From: Takakia lepidozioides
Taxonomy: Eukaryota; Plantae; Bryophyta
NCBI GenBank assembly: GCA_030704615.1
Contig: CM060734.1
Coordinates: 40,982,001 to 41,046,000, forward strand
Reading direction: 5' to 3'
DNA length: 64,000 nucleotides
Shown one piece after another: positions 1-12,092 of the stretch. Made by a program: the position numbers and the translations under genes. The stretch's first letter is position 1. Each line of letters starts with the position of its first letter. The notes under the pieces were generated by a model. It was not told the DNA's origin. It saw only the letters and a list, made by a program, of their open reading frames with translations, and did not search any database.

Positions 1-1040
1 GGCTCCCCGCAATTGAAACACACTCCATCAAAGGTCGCCTTCTGTCCGCCATAAGTCGCTCCACCCGCTTTTCCTTTCGAAGCACCGGGTGCCGCCTTGA
101 CGTGTGAGGGACCTCCCTTCGATTTCCACGTGCCATTTTCGCCGCGTGGCCTATCCCACTTCTTTTCCGGTCGGGAGGAGTCACCTTCCCGCCGGGTCTT
201 CTTGTGGTTCAGCTCCGTACGGCCTTGTTTCTCACCCCTAGGGACATCCGAGAAACATTCAGCTCTCTCAATTGCCTCGTTCAAAGTCTTGGGTGGCTTC
301 TCCTCCAACTTCCGCCTAGCCCATGGGGCCAGTCCCGCCACAAAGTTGAAGACCATTTCTGGTTCTGCCATGTCCGCGACTTCGAGCAACAGCACATTGA
401 AAGCCTGGACATACCCCCGAATGTCATCTGTTTGCTTCAAATTCCTCATCTTGTCCCGGGCAAGCCAGGATGCGTTGAGGGGCACAAACTGTCTCTTCAT
501 CAATTCCTTGAACTCACTCCAGTTCAAGGTTTCCGGGCTTGGGCCTCGGTCGTGAAGGCGTTTCTGCCACCATTGTTGAGCATAGCCCCTCAAATAGGTG
601 GGAGCCACTTCCACCCGATCCTCGTCACTCAACTTGGCCGCCCGGAAGTACTGCTCTAGCTCCAGGAGCCAGGTGTTGAGTGCCTTCCGGTTTCGAACGC
701 CCTCGAAGGTGCCGGGTTCCTTAGGCTTCACCTTAAACTTTGCCTTGGTGGAAGTGGCATTAGCCGCCTTCAACACGTCTTTCAACGTCCCGCCAAACTG
801 CGCCAACAACCCTTCCCAAAAGGCTGCCGGCATGGGAGGCATCTCTTGGTTTGTCGGAGCTCTCAAAGATTCCTCGGGCTCCGACTCCTCGGATTCCTCC
901 CGCTCCTGAGCGGCCTCGTTTTCGGAAACATTAATCGCTTCCTCAAACGGCCGCCTCGGTGACACGTCGCCCCCATCGGGCTCACCGGGGTCATCATCTT
1001 TTGGGCCGTTCCGCTTTCGCTTCGGCTTGCCCGACCCCAT
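1..1040 (-). CDS. gag: Ty3/Gypsy Gag, uninterrupted, runs off the window's left edge
   Basis: Manual translation from ATG at 1040 gives 346 codons without a stop: ...KEPGTFEGVRNRKALNTWLLELEQYF...YLRGYAQQWW...WSEFKELMKRQF...LKQTDDIRGYVQAF...FVAGLAPW..., ending in the zinc-knuckle start CFNCGE. Missing from the ORF track because there is no stop in the window. Confidence 0.92.
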   Translation of the reverse strand, partial: MGSGKPKRKRNGPKDDDPGEPDGGDVSPRRPFEEAINVSENEAAQEREESEESEPEESLRAPTNQEMPPMPAAFWEGLLAQFGGTLKDVLKAANATSTKAKFKVKPKEPGTFEGVRNRKALNTWLLELEQYFRAAKLSDEDRVEVAPTYLRGYAQQWWQKRLHDRGPSPETLNWSEFKELMKRQFVPLNASWLARDKMRNLKQTDDIRGYVQAFNVLLLEVADMAEPEMVFNFVAGLAPWARRKLEEKPPKTLNEAIERAECFSDVPRGEKQGRTELNHKKTRREGDSSRPEKKWDRPRGENGTWKSKGGPSHVKAAPGASKGKAGGATYGGQKATFDGVCFNCGE

Positions 1041-1081
1041 GATGAGGCCAATCCCAAGGACGATCGTGTACTGAACTCTAA

Positions 1082-1093
1082 GCTCTGATACCA
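1082..1093 (-). promoter_or_regulatory. Primer-binding site for tRNA-iMet
   Basis: GCTCTGATACCA is the reverse complement of TGGTATCAGAGC and lies 2 nt from the LTR edge. Confidence 0.92.
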
Positions 1094-1095
1094 AA

Positions 1096-1819
1096 TGTCG
1101 CACACCTCAGTTCGGTAAACTCCCCTTCAAGTCATAGTTACTCGCTTTGATGCGCGCGCCTGACTCCCAACCTGGCCGCCGGGCCAACTTGGAGTTTCGG
1201 CTACTCACCGGGACATAACGGTCCCCTTCCGCTTCCCTCTAAACCCTCCACCTATTTGGGACTAGGAGAATTCCCTTTGGTAGATGGCAGTCCGGAACAG
1301 CTCCCCACTCTTTGGTCGCTTTCCGGCTCGCTCGCTTACTCACTAGTTTTTGGTCACCAACGGGCTTGCACCGTTCTCGGGGTTACTACTCCCTATATAT
1401 ACTTCTGTAGCTGTCCGCGGGGGTTTCATAACCAGCCATGCCATTTTATGGCGAACCACCACGAAAACCCTCGACTCCCGGTGGTGAGTCGCGGTGAGTC
1501 TTGGCCCACTCACCGCGGCCCCAATGGACCGTGATGAGTCCCAAGACTCCCCACGACTCCCACCTCGAGGTCTCCACCCCATGGTGAGTCCTATGCCACC
1601 CCCACTAAGTCCCACTAAGCTACCACCACCCCTTGTGGAGCCACCTCCACCGCAACCCGGTGTGCGGGGCTCCACCTAGTGAGCGCCTCCGCCTCCTTGA
1701 GTGCCTTGGGCACACAAGGGTGCTTCAGCCCCCCCTACCTATCGCCGCCGCTGCCCCCACCACAGGGGCAGCCCCTCATGTGTCCCGACCCCCTGCCCTC
1801 AAGGCAAAGGGCCGCGACA
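1096..1819 (-). mobile_element. 5' LTR (724 bp) of the Gypsy element
   Basis: Terminal inverted repeats TGTCGC...GCGACA, adjacent PBS, TATA-like stretch near 1393-1401, abrupt drop in GC after 1819. Confidence 0.9.
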
Positions 1820-2654
1820 TAATCTAAATTCCTACGTGTTTTACCATCGATTCCCAGATAACTCGCAAACAGCCCTGCTTTTGCAGTACAATGCCTAAAT
1901 TATCTGCCTTAAGATTAAAAAATGATCTGAAAAGACATTTGTACCAATATATGCATCTACAGGATGTCACGTCGTCCTCCTGTGGCCCTTCGTGCCACTG
2001 TCATTGTCATCGACGAAGAGGTGGACCCCATGGTGGTGGAGGTCGAAATTACCTAGCATTGTAACAAGGCTATACCGATGTATTGAACCTTGTATCCATC
2101 GCGATCGGTTTTTTACTAAACATCTTAAGCAAATCTACATCCACCAACTCTTTTGCATTATTATTCCTGAAATGCTTCTTAGGATCAATGTCATGGTATG
2201 ACAACCCCACATTATCTCTGAAATATCATGCAGGAAGTGGTTGTCTTGGATCCAAAGCTTTCACCCGAGCATGAAGTGCAACATTCAACTGGTGACGTAA
2301 TGCAACATGGCCAGAAAAGTAGAGGACTTCCAAATTGGCAGAGGAAAAAAGAAGCTGAAATGGTGTGATCTCTTTGCATTCCACCCCAACTAATTCACAC
2401 CCAGAAGCTGCAATAGGACCTGAAGACGAAGCTGTAGGATTTTGAGCATCACCACCCCCAGACATATTCAGGTTGTTTGGGATACCAAATATCTTGAAGC
2501 TAGAGATTTCTTTTGCTTCTTGCCAAAAAATACTGGATCCTTCTAGGTGCTAAGTATGTCATGCTCTCTCTTAATACTATGGCCCTGAAGTCACTGTATA
2601 ACACGTAAACCGGAAGAAAAAACGGGGGAAAGTGGGGGGGAACGTGAAAGGAGA

Positions 2655-2840
2655 AGTGGAGAAAGGGTCCTTGGGGGACTCTTCGAACCATTACGTATCG
2701 GGGAGAAAGAGTCCTTGGGGTACTCTTTGAACCGTTATGTATTGGGGTATTAGGCAGAAAGAGTCATTGATGAACTCTTTGAACCGTTACGTATTGGGGA
2801 GAAAGGGTCCCCCAATGACTGTTCGAATCGTTATGTATCG
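2655..2840. repeat. Imperfect ~43-bp tandem repeat, about 4 units
   Basis: Recurring GAGAAAG(G/A)GTCC...ACTCTT(C/T)GAACC(A/G)TTA(C/T)GTAT. Confidence 0.7.
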
Positions 2841-3199
2841 CTGATCGAGAGAGAATGCTAGTGAAAATAGTTGACTTTGAGCTCAACGATCTGATGCGTG
2901 ATGACCAATTTTTTAAGGAAGTTGTACTGCTCGCAATGTTAAACTCACCCTTTAATCTCAACATTTTCTATCACTTTGTGAGGCAACCCCTACATGCACT
3001 TGACACTGTTTTAGCATGAAAATATTTTTTTTTGTCTTGTGGAGGTCTATAAACAATAGTTTTTGAGGTTCTGGATGATAGGTATTTCTAGTGCAATCTC
3101 TCCCTGCTTGACCCACTCCACTTGAGGCTGTGCATAGAGTACTGTACAGCACACGTAGACATGTGTTTATTTTATTTTATAGATGTTATTATTTCATAT

Positions 3200-3730
3200 A
3201 TATAAACGATCGCCATAATTTGTTTTAGTTATATGTAACTTTTTAAAAAGAAATTGAAGCGACCGCCAAAATTTGGCGGTCACCGCGTGTATTTTGTTTA
3301 AACTAAATTCAAGTGACCGCTGAATTTTGAAGGTCACCTGGATTTATCTTTTTGTAAAACGCAAACAACCGCTGCAATTTGGCGATCCCATGTATGTATT
3401 TATTTATTTATATATTAGTGACCGCCGAAATATGATATATATGAACTAAATATAAACAATCGCCGAAATGCGGCTGTTGCATGTATTTAGTTATTTGATT
3501 TTAAAATTTGCGACTACTAAAATTTGGTGATTGGTTAAGTATTTATGGTTTTTTAGAATAAAAATAAACATCGAATATCGACGATCGCTAATATTGTTTT
3601 TAAAAAAGTAAAAGCGACCGTCAAATATCAGTGGTCGTAAGTATTTAAAAAAAAAAAACTGAAGCGACCTCCGAAAATCGGCGGTCGTTTATTTTTTATT
3701 TATCAAAGTGTATGCGACCGTAAAATTCTG
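3200..3730. repeat. Array of short palindromes (GCGACCGCC-N7-GGCGGTC type) in AT-rich spacers; TE internal or subterminal repeats
   Basis: About 9 degenerate copies, e.g. gcgaccgccaaaatttggcggtcacc (3259) and gcgacctccgaaaatcggcggtcg (3664). Confidence 0.65.
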
Positions 3731-3789
3731 CAGTTTAATTTTAAAAAAACCCTGAGAAAACATAGAGTGGTACGACTGGCCAGTCATAT

Positions 3790-4045
3790 AGACACGTGGC
3801 GAGGCACGATTGGCCAGTCTACTAGAAGACTATATCTCATCTGTCCGTTGAATCGACGGTGAGGAGGACGTGATAATGACGAAGCAGGAAGCCGCAGAAG
3901 CTGCTATAAAACAGCCTCGTTCAAGACTAGAGAATCATAATCTAGTTCTCTTCATCGCGCTCTCTTCTCTCTCTCTCTCTATCTCTATTTCTCGCTCTTT
4001 TTCGCTCTTTCTCTCTCTCATACTCTCTGGCTCATACTAGGTAGT
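3790..4045 (+). promoter_or_regulatory. Putative Pol II core promoter with CT-rich leader
   Basis: G-box CACGTG (~3793), reverse CCAAT (~3809), CTATAAA (~3904), (CT)n tract 3960-4020, donor-like AGGTAG (~4039); no convincing ORF downstream. Confidence 0.4.
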
Positions 4046-4904
4046 TTAGTGGAGGTAGTTCGATGTCTCGCACTTGAAGGTACACTGAGTTGTAGTGGGT
4101 GTGATGTTTAGTTGTTTAATTGATATATTGCAGCAGTACTGCAGTTCATCGTCGTTTGTCTCTCACATCTCGGATCATTGGTGTGTGCTGGTGTTGAGTG
4201 GAAATAATTAGTATTTTGTGTTGAACTCTAGCTCCTGAAATTTCCATTGGTAATTTCAGATTAATTTCTGTGATTTCCAGGACAGAGTAAGACAGTTAAA
4301 ATATCACATGTGAGCGTATTAATAGCACTCTGAATTATCATCATGAAAGATCTAGATAGAGGGCTATGTAAACCATCTCATCCCTCTATATTCACTTTTG
4401 CTCCTCTGTGAAAGTGATTGATTGACTTTCTGTAGTCTTCGGACTTCATTGCTTGGGACCGCGTACGGGAGACGCATAAGTGTTTGCTTGGGATGAAAAG
4501 AAATTTTGTCATTTCTCCATCTCGTTACTCCCACATTTTTTCGTCTTTCTTCATTGTTTTATCGTTTTAAGATCTTGTGTGATATTTTATTTTTTTATTT
4601 CTATTTTTTCTAGAATATAACATCTACACGGCCATTATTTTTTATTCATCACAGGTAGTGAGCAAACAAATTATAACTGAAACATATAAGGGATAAAAAT
4701 CATATGTCACACAGGCTAAACAAATATGAAAATTAGCCACGGAGACTAAAAAAACAATCAAAAAGTTGTCATCGACTTAACAAATAATATATATATTTCT
4801 AGATATCTAATTAAGTCTAATAGAAATATATATATATTCAAATTATAATTAAAATTTGGATCGCGAGTACAAATGTTTCATATATATGAGTAAATATTTA
4901 AACA

Positions 4905-5950
4905 AAATTGGGACCACCAATGCTGGTAGTCCGGATTTCATCCTTAAAAATCAATTATAAATATTAAAGTAAATCGACACAACCAAAACTAGCGGTCCCC
5001 ATTTTATTATTTTTCCTCTTAAATCAGGAGCGTCGGGGTCCATAGTAAACGGTCCCGATTTAATACAGAATATTTGTATTAAACAAATGGGGACCGTGAG
5101 CTTTGGTAGCTCCAACTATATATATATATATATATATATAAATTTACTTATTTTTTTAATTAAATTATAACCATTAGTTGTGGTAATATTAATTTTATCC
5201 ATAATATCTTTTTTTAATCGAGATGACGAGCTCTGCGATCGTGAATATCTATTTTATTTTAAATTAAAATATTTTCTTAGTTTATATAAATAATTATAAA
5301 TAAACCTTATATCCAGTTTTTTCTTATTTTTTAAATAATAGTTTTTTTTTTCTAAATAACTCTAAATAAATCAGGATCGCCAGCCCTGAAGATCCCGATT
5401 TTATTCTAAATTTTTAAATTAAAAATATGGACAACTAGTTATAGTTGTTTCGATTTTATCCAAACAAAAAAGTCCCGGACTGCCAGCTCTGGCGGTCTCG
5501 ATTTTATCCCAAAAAAAAACAATTTGAGGACTGCTAGCTCTGACGACCCCTATTTTATCTTAAAATAAAACAAAAATCGGGAACTTCCATAAATAAACCT
5601 TATATCCAGTTTTTTCTTATTTTTTAAATAATTTTTTTTTTCTAAATAACTCTAAATAAATCAGGATCGCCAGCCCTGAAGATCCCGATTTTATTCTAAA
5701 TTTTTAAATTAAAAAATATGGACAACTAGTTATAGTTGTTTCGATTTTATCCAAACAAAAAAAGTCCCGGACTGCCAGCTCTGGCGGTCTCGATTTTATC
5801 CCAAAAAAAAACAATTTGAGGACTGCTAGCTCTGACGACCCCTATTTTATCTTAAAATAAAACAAAAATCGGGAACTTCCCGAGCTGGTGGTACAAAATT
5901 AAATAAAGCATTATAATTCATGACTGACCGTCAGAACTGACGGTCTCGAT
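4905..5950. repeat. Second palindrome array (GGACCGCCAG-CT-CTGGCGGTC type)
   Basis: e.g. ggactgccagctctggcggtctcg (5477, 5769) and gaccgtcagaactgacggtc (5926). Confidence 0.65.
5296..5880. repeat. Near-identical 293-bp tandem duplication (5296-5588 / 5589-5880)
   Basis: Both copies start ATAAATAAACCTTATATCCAG and end GGGAACTTCC; they differ mainly in homopolymer lengths. Confidence 0.9.
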
Positions 5951-6424
5951 TTATCAAATAATTTATTAAAAAATAGATTACCAAATGTAGTATTCCTGAT
6001 TTATTCAATATTATTTTGAATATTATTTTGAATGTATATTTTGAAATATTATTCCTAATTTTTTAAACTGTTAGAGATTACGTGACGGCTTACGTGTTAC
6101 TATGATAGATTATGTAATGAAAAAATTTAATATAAAACTAAAATTACATAACGTTGAGTCGGTTTTTGAGGTGACGTGATGCACATCGGGACGTGATTTC
6201 AGAGGTGACGCTTACATGTTAGCACTACGTCACGTCATTTTGTGCAACTATGATTTGATAATTTTGTTCCTCTTATAGTTTGTCTAGAGCTAGTTTCATG
6301 TATACTATTCAGGTTATATCTCAATATATGTTGATGAAATATTTTATTTTATTTATAAATAGATTGAATGGATATTCTTATAAGAGTATATATTTTTTGT
6401 TAGGTTATGTAAAAAGAGAATATT

Positions 6425-6448
6425 CCGGCCGAAGCCGGCGTAACTAAG
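6425..6448 (+). mobile_element. Possible Helitron 3' terminus
   Basis: GC hairpin CCGGC-CGAA-GCCGG followed 5 nt later by CTAA(G) at the end of a long AT-rich block; target T and 5' end not identified. Confidence 0.3.
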
Positions 6449-8394
6449 AGTCACTTCACCTTTCGGCTACTACCCCCTGACGGGGGTGGGCCCTATAACA
6501 AATACAGATGTCTGGTTGGACACATAGTAACCAGAGGTGTGTGTGTGTGTGTGTGTGTGCTTATGAGCCAGAAGGGTACCCCCGATGGGGTGTGTACTTT
6601 GCATCAGTGGTGAGCATGAGTATGAGCACAGATTAGCATGAGCAGAGGAAATTCCAGGGAATATTCCTCAAATTTAGGCTTTCCCACTGCAATTCCGACA
6701 ACTTTTGAAGTTGAAAATGGGCAGGTGCACCATTACTAAGTACCTCATATCCTAGGTTCAGTTACACAAAAAGTAGATTCGGCAATTGCCGAACCTATAT
6801 AGTCGTTGCCGATTACAGACTGTCAGAGACGTCTGGAGGCACATAGCCGCGGGAATAAGGGCGCGGTAGTAAAGCCGCGGGAATAGATACCGGGAGCGTT
6901 GGGGAACCGCTCTCCACTTGGGAGCGCCCCTAAATTCCTACACCAAACCACTCAAGAACTCATTAGCAACTTAAAACATCACCGGGCCATGATGAATGAA
7001 ATCTGCCGCCCAACAGTTTCTCATCTGCTCGCCACCCTGGTGTGTAAACAATGATTAATTAGTCAATGGGTCCCAAGGTCCATTCCCTGCGCCTCTTCCA
7101 CCTACTTCCAATATATTCTGATTAATTTATGCAGGCAGCCAGCCTAGAACGAAGTTGAAACATGTCATCTTCTACCTGGTGAAACCTCATCAGGGATTCT
7201 CTCCTCCCTGTCTCTGGGCTCTCTCTCTCTGCCTGTGGCATCTACCCGTGAGCCGTGCTTTCACAAACCCCGGAATACATATCAAACTGATGGCCGTGCT
7301 GGGGCATATCCAATGGTTCCAACCATTTGTTATCATTTGCTAAAACACGCCCTTATTCTCATGCAAGAAGAATACCATGAATAGTGCACAAGAAATCAAA
7401 GGCATAGGGAGAAAACCCCCCTTAAAATACCCGATCCAGGGACCAACAGTCCCTGGCGGGGTCTGTCGAATTATCCAGCGGTTAAGACCGATACCCCGTG
7501 GCCAACGCTACGTGGCGCGGCGCGGCTGGCCCGTCGCCGACGCGGGTCCAACGGGTAATAGGCAGGCTCTGTCGTCTCTGCCGCTCGTATTGTACCTGCG
7601 CGGGCCCAGCTATGGCGCCTGGTGTTGCCACGCAGTGCACCAGTGAGCATACTTTGCTCCAGTGGTCAACTCCCCCCACGAGGGTAGGCCGCACCACCCG
7701 TGTTAAATGTGTCACTCCATGGCGATTCTAGGCAACCTCATTGATTGACCTCCAACCCAAAGGCACCTAAGGCGCCAACACTTAAGTGCTGGGCTCTGCC
7801 CTTTTTGGCAGCCCTCTACAAAATAGCTTCACCACTTATAAGTTAGTTAGCAACGCCTCCTATGGTCCTCTATGGCTAGGGGGCTTATGAATCATAGATA
7901 TGATCTTAATAATATGGAAATTTTGGCGATAGCTTCGCCGTCTCATGCAATATGGCCGTCGCCACTAAGCTAGAAAGGGAAATTTGACAAGAGCTTCGTC
8001 ACTTCATGCAAGCTCACCCTCTCCTTAAACATAATAATGGACATCTACCCTCACTTCATGACGTAATTGGGTTAGATTCCTAAGGCCCTGTCTCCTGGGG
8101 CTTCACACTTGTGCTCTTCACACATGTACATAGAGATGCACATACATCCTCTTTGAAAGAGGGTTAGTTTTTCTAGATTTTTAGCAAGCAATGCTTATAA
8201 GGTCATTTCTTGGACAAAGTTTGAACAACAAATGAAATAAATGAATTCAACGGTCAAGAATGTATGGTAAGTCACCCTCTGAAACAAGTGGTGCTTGGAA
8301 TGCACTAAATCGCTCGGTAGAATGGTACTCAAGCTTGGTCCTCCTCCGGCACTCCTACTCGTCCTCAAGTCTCCCACTTCATGAAGCGCTTCCT

Positions 8395-8672
8395 CTACTT
8401 CTTGCCTCAAATGGCCACAAGGCAAGCATAAAAATCATTCAAGTGCAATCCCTGGAGTTTGTTATCGCGAGGGAAACATGTCCTGCAACGCTACACCGTT
8501 TGCCAAGACTGTCCAGTAGTTGGAGAGTCCGTCCGCATTCTAAGTGAGTGCGGCCATTCCTTTCACACTCCATGCATTGAATGGTGGCTACGGCGAAACG
8601 GGTCATGTCATGTTTGCTGCCATAGGATCTGAAACATTGTAGACACTGCAGAAAAAAAAACTGATATGCCAT
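8395..8672 (-). pseudogene. SWIM zinc-finger remnant
   Basis: Across frameshifts it reads DCT(C)NDF...LPCGHL, matching CxC-xn-CxH. Confidence 0.5.
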
Positions 8673-9899
8673 TCATGACACACCAATGGCTTAACGAGGC
8701 TATATAGATTGAAGTCGGCAACGACTATCAGGAATAAAAACCAATTCTACCTCTTTGACGTGTTGTACTTTGGCTTCAAATTTCCAAACATTGTATGATG
8801 TATTGTGATTTGGCTGCTTTTGTCAGTTGGAAAGTGGTTGTCAATGTCATTTCGTATTTGCCCATTAACCTTAAATTTTGGTTTTTGTGGCCCCACACAG
8901 TATGGTCCGCACCGCTTTCTGAAAAAAAAAAAACGATGAATTCACACATACGTTCAGGTCAATGACATGTCCTCTCAGCCGTCGTCGGAATCTGAGACAA
9001 TACATATAGTCGGCAACGACTTCAAGGATATCAGAACGCAAATGGATGGACCAACAAACGTGTAATTCCAATTTCTGTCGAACATCATAAAGCCCGAAAC
9101 GAAGACCTCTAATAAGGTATGGTCACCTATGCAAGTCCGGGGGGTAGGTCTTTTAAGCATAAAAAATAGCAAGGCCTCTGTGTTCGTAATATGAAGGTAA
9201 ATTTCATCCCAAAACTAGAACATTTGAATAACTTTTCGAGTGCAGAAGACATATCTTGTCACTAGTGCAGGCCCCAGACCTTATAGTTGGCACCGACTTT
9301 AATTATTTGAGCAAGAGGATCATGCTGCCGCTGCATCCGTGCTTCAAACAATAAAGCGTTAACCCATGGGAACATGAAGTTCGAATATATTTATTTTGAT
9401 GCATGTTATTTTGGCCATGTCAGCGAGATAATCCAATTGACAATGTAGTTGGTGTGTTTCGGAATGCGACTGGCAGAACGTTTATCCTGCAAGCATCTCG
9501 TGTAGTCTGCACCGACTTTATAGAATTGGATGAAAGGAGATGGATATGGAGTCCACAAGTGTTAACTATAGGCATGTGCTTCCAGAGTCAACTAACTAGA
9601 TTGTTCTCCGCATTCTCAATAAAAAGGCCAGACACTGTGTACTGAAACTGAATAAAGTCATATTTAACAGATTGTCAATAAGTGGGAGTTAAACCATGAG
9701 CTCATGTGAGCACACAGGTAAAGTTAACATGTTCATCCAAAAGGTCATCCACTTTGTAGTCGGCACAGACTACAAGGATTCCAACTATATCATAATGTCA
9801 TAGATCCGCCAAGTGAACCATATCGTATTGAAGTTTACAAAGACTTTTGGAAATCCTGGACCCAGGGTCCAGGGTATCCAGGTTATGATGTCCAGGGTA

Positions 9900-10740
9900 T
9901 TGATGTCTTCCGCAACACAGTCACATTCACCGTGGGTTGCCCATGTCCTCCGGGGGAACAAGTCGAAGGTCAACGCGTCAACCTCTGTCTGACTAAGGTT
10001 GGTCCCAACCATCACAGGCCAAACGTCGGGAATATCAGGTCTGTCCAGCATATACTGGTTCGATTCACCCGAGACACAATAGATGATGTCTGTTGGGCAG
10101 TGCCACATCTCCATCATCTTTGATTTCACCAGGGCAAGAGGGTGGTGACGGCCAACAAATCTTGGAGCAGGAACACCCAAACTCTATAGTGGCCGGATTT
10201 CTTGTTTGCATTGCTTCCTACTGTCAGAGTGCACTGCCCAACACTTCACTCGTGAAGTGTTCGAAGTTCGTGCAATGTGCCAGCATGTCGTGGACACAAC
10301 GGACTCCAAAACAGGCTTTTTGTTCTAAACGGGAAGGTCATCCTCCAAAGTCTCTACATACATGTCAGCAGTGTTTATGCTCGCTCTTGGTCCACCAGCA
10401 CCTAATTTACGTCGCCTCGGTGTCGTTCGGAGGTTAAGTCAGACCTCCACGAGTGAACGTGTTCCTCGTCGTGCAGGTTGCCGAGAACAATCTTCCGATT
10501 TGTTGTTCAGGAGATCACCCTCGAGCCCCGTTTCTCTCATTTTAGTTGGATCCGACAAGCGCGATGCCGCACGGGCCAACAATTGTGCCCGGTCGGGTCC
10601 GGAACCCTTAGCCCCACCCTTCATATAACTGTGGTAGGAACATGATTGCATAATTGCCCTCGTCAAGTCATTCTTGGTGGCTGTATAGAGGTTGACCTTT
10701 CATATACCGCTCCCAGCCTGCCAGCTCACATGCACGGCCT
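9900..10740 (-). pseudogene. C-terminal part of a bryophyte-type transposase-associated protein, with stops and frameshifts
   Basis: NLYTATKNDLTRAIMQ..KGSGPDRAQL..WHIAR..KCWA..GVPAP..WHCPTDI..CVSG..PDVWPVMVGTNLSQTEVDAL resembles, from memory, a moss/liverwort TE protein family. Confidence 0.55.
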
Positions 10741-11539
10741 CGGACATGTTTACATTTGGCATTGCAGCATTGTCCTCAAGCTCCAGACCCTATAGGACAC
10801 ATGCCCAAATCAGAATGGAAGAAGTCCATAGTCGGTGCCGACTATAAACGTACTACAGGCAATGGCAGGCCGAATTCTAAACCATAACTACATAGTCGTC
10901 GCCCAGGGGAAGTCACTTCTATTTTTTTTCCAAACGACGTACAAAAAAATATAGGGTAACATATATTCTTTGAAGATAAAATTTATATTTTTTGAAATAA
11001 AATTGGGTGTCATTATTTGTGGATACCGGATTTAAATACAAATATGGTTATGAATATATGCTCCAATTATATATATTTTAGAATTAATATAGATGTGTCA
11101 CAATGGCGATGGACATGTGTTATTCATTCTACGATATATTTGTATTGAGACTTCATAAATGACTAGTTGGACCTAGATGACGGGACTTGGACTCGGCTTG
11201 AATGAGAGGACTGGGTTTAGGGATGATGCGTTTTTGATGTAGGGTTGCTTTATTTTCTTCTTACTTTGTCTTATTCTCCGATTCAAGTATTCTGTTATGC
11301 TAGTTGCTGACCTCATCGTATTGCTGGAAGCTCCGATTTATTCATTTGCTATAAAGTACCTCACTCTCACACCTAAGGAATATTTTTTCACTACACTTAA
11401 AATAGGCAACAATTTTTTTCATTCGTTTGATAGATGTATTAGAGCATTAAGCAAATATTTGGCACTCTAAAAAAAAACAAATGTTTTATTTTTATGTTAC
11501 TATAGGGTGTCAAATATTTGATGATTACAGTCAAATATA

Positions 11540-12092
11540 TGTCGTGCACATACATATCGCTACACAACTACATCGTTGTCCAAAACCACACAACACATGT
11601 GCACATCACATACTAGTATACCACTAGTCCACCACTAGTCCAGCCACTAGTCCAACCACTAGGCTGCCACTAGTCAGTCGTTAGGCTGTCCACTATGGCA
11701 GGATAAAGAAAAAGAATACAATGCAAGCACAAGCTCATGCGAGCTCACAAAGCTGAAGCATAAACTCATGCATATATAACCTCATCACTCAAATACAAGT
11801 CAAGCCAAGTGCACCCCACGCCATGGGGAATCCACACTACGGCGCCATAGCTAGGCGCGGTGAGGCTCAATTCGAGAAAAATGAGTCTCCCGTGCTTGCC
11901 GGGAAGATAACCACTCCAAAGCCTACATCTGCCTTGACACATGGATTGACACTTGGGCCAACCCCAAATATCAATATGTAAAAGCTAGCTATTTCCTAGC
12001 TAGTTTCACACTAGTGGTGAAATAACTTGACAGCTGTCGTGTGCATACATATCGCTACACAACTATATCGCTGTCCAAAACCACACAACACA
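11540..12092. mobile_element. 493-bp LTR (11540-12032) joined via GC to a 58-bp copy of the same LTR end (12035-12092)
   Basis: TGTC...GACA termini; 11540-11597 nearly equals 12035-12092; internal CCACTAGT repeats and a TATA-like site. Confidence 0.65.

Noticed and set aside
97-909. Plus-strand ORFs of 103-152 aa
   Set aside because: Antisense shadows of the minus-strand gag
1930-2470. Possible Ulp1-protease remnant on the minus strand (GPQEDDVTSC)
   Set aside because: One short motif among many stops; insufficient support
2655-2840. Hammerhead ribozyme in the tandem repeat (TGATGA...GAAA)
   Set aside because: No intact CTGANGA core with three consistent stems
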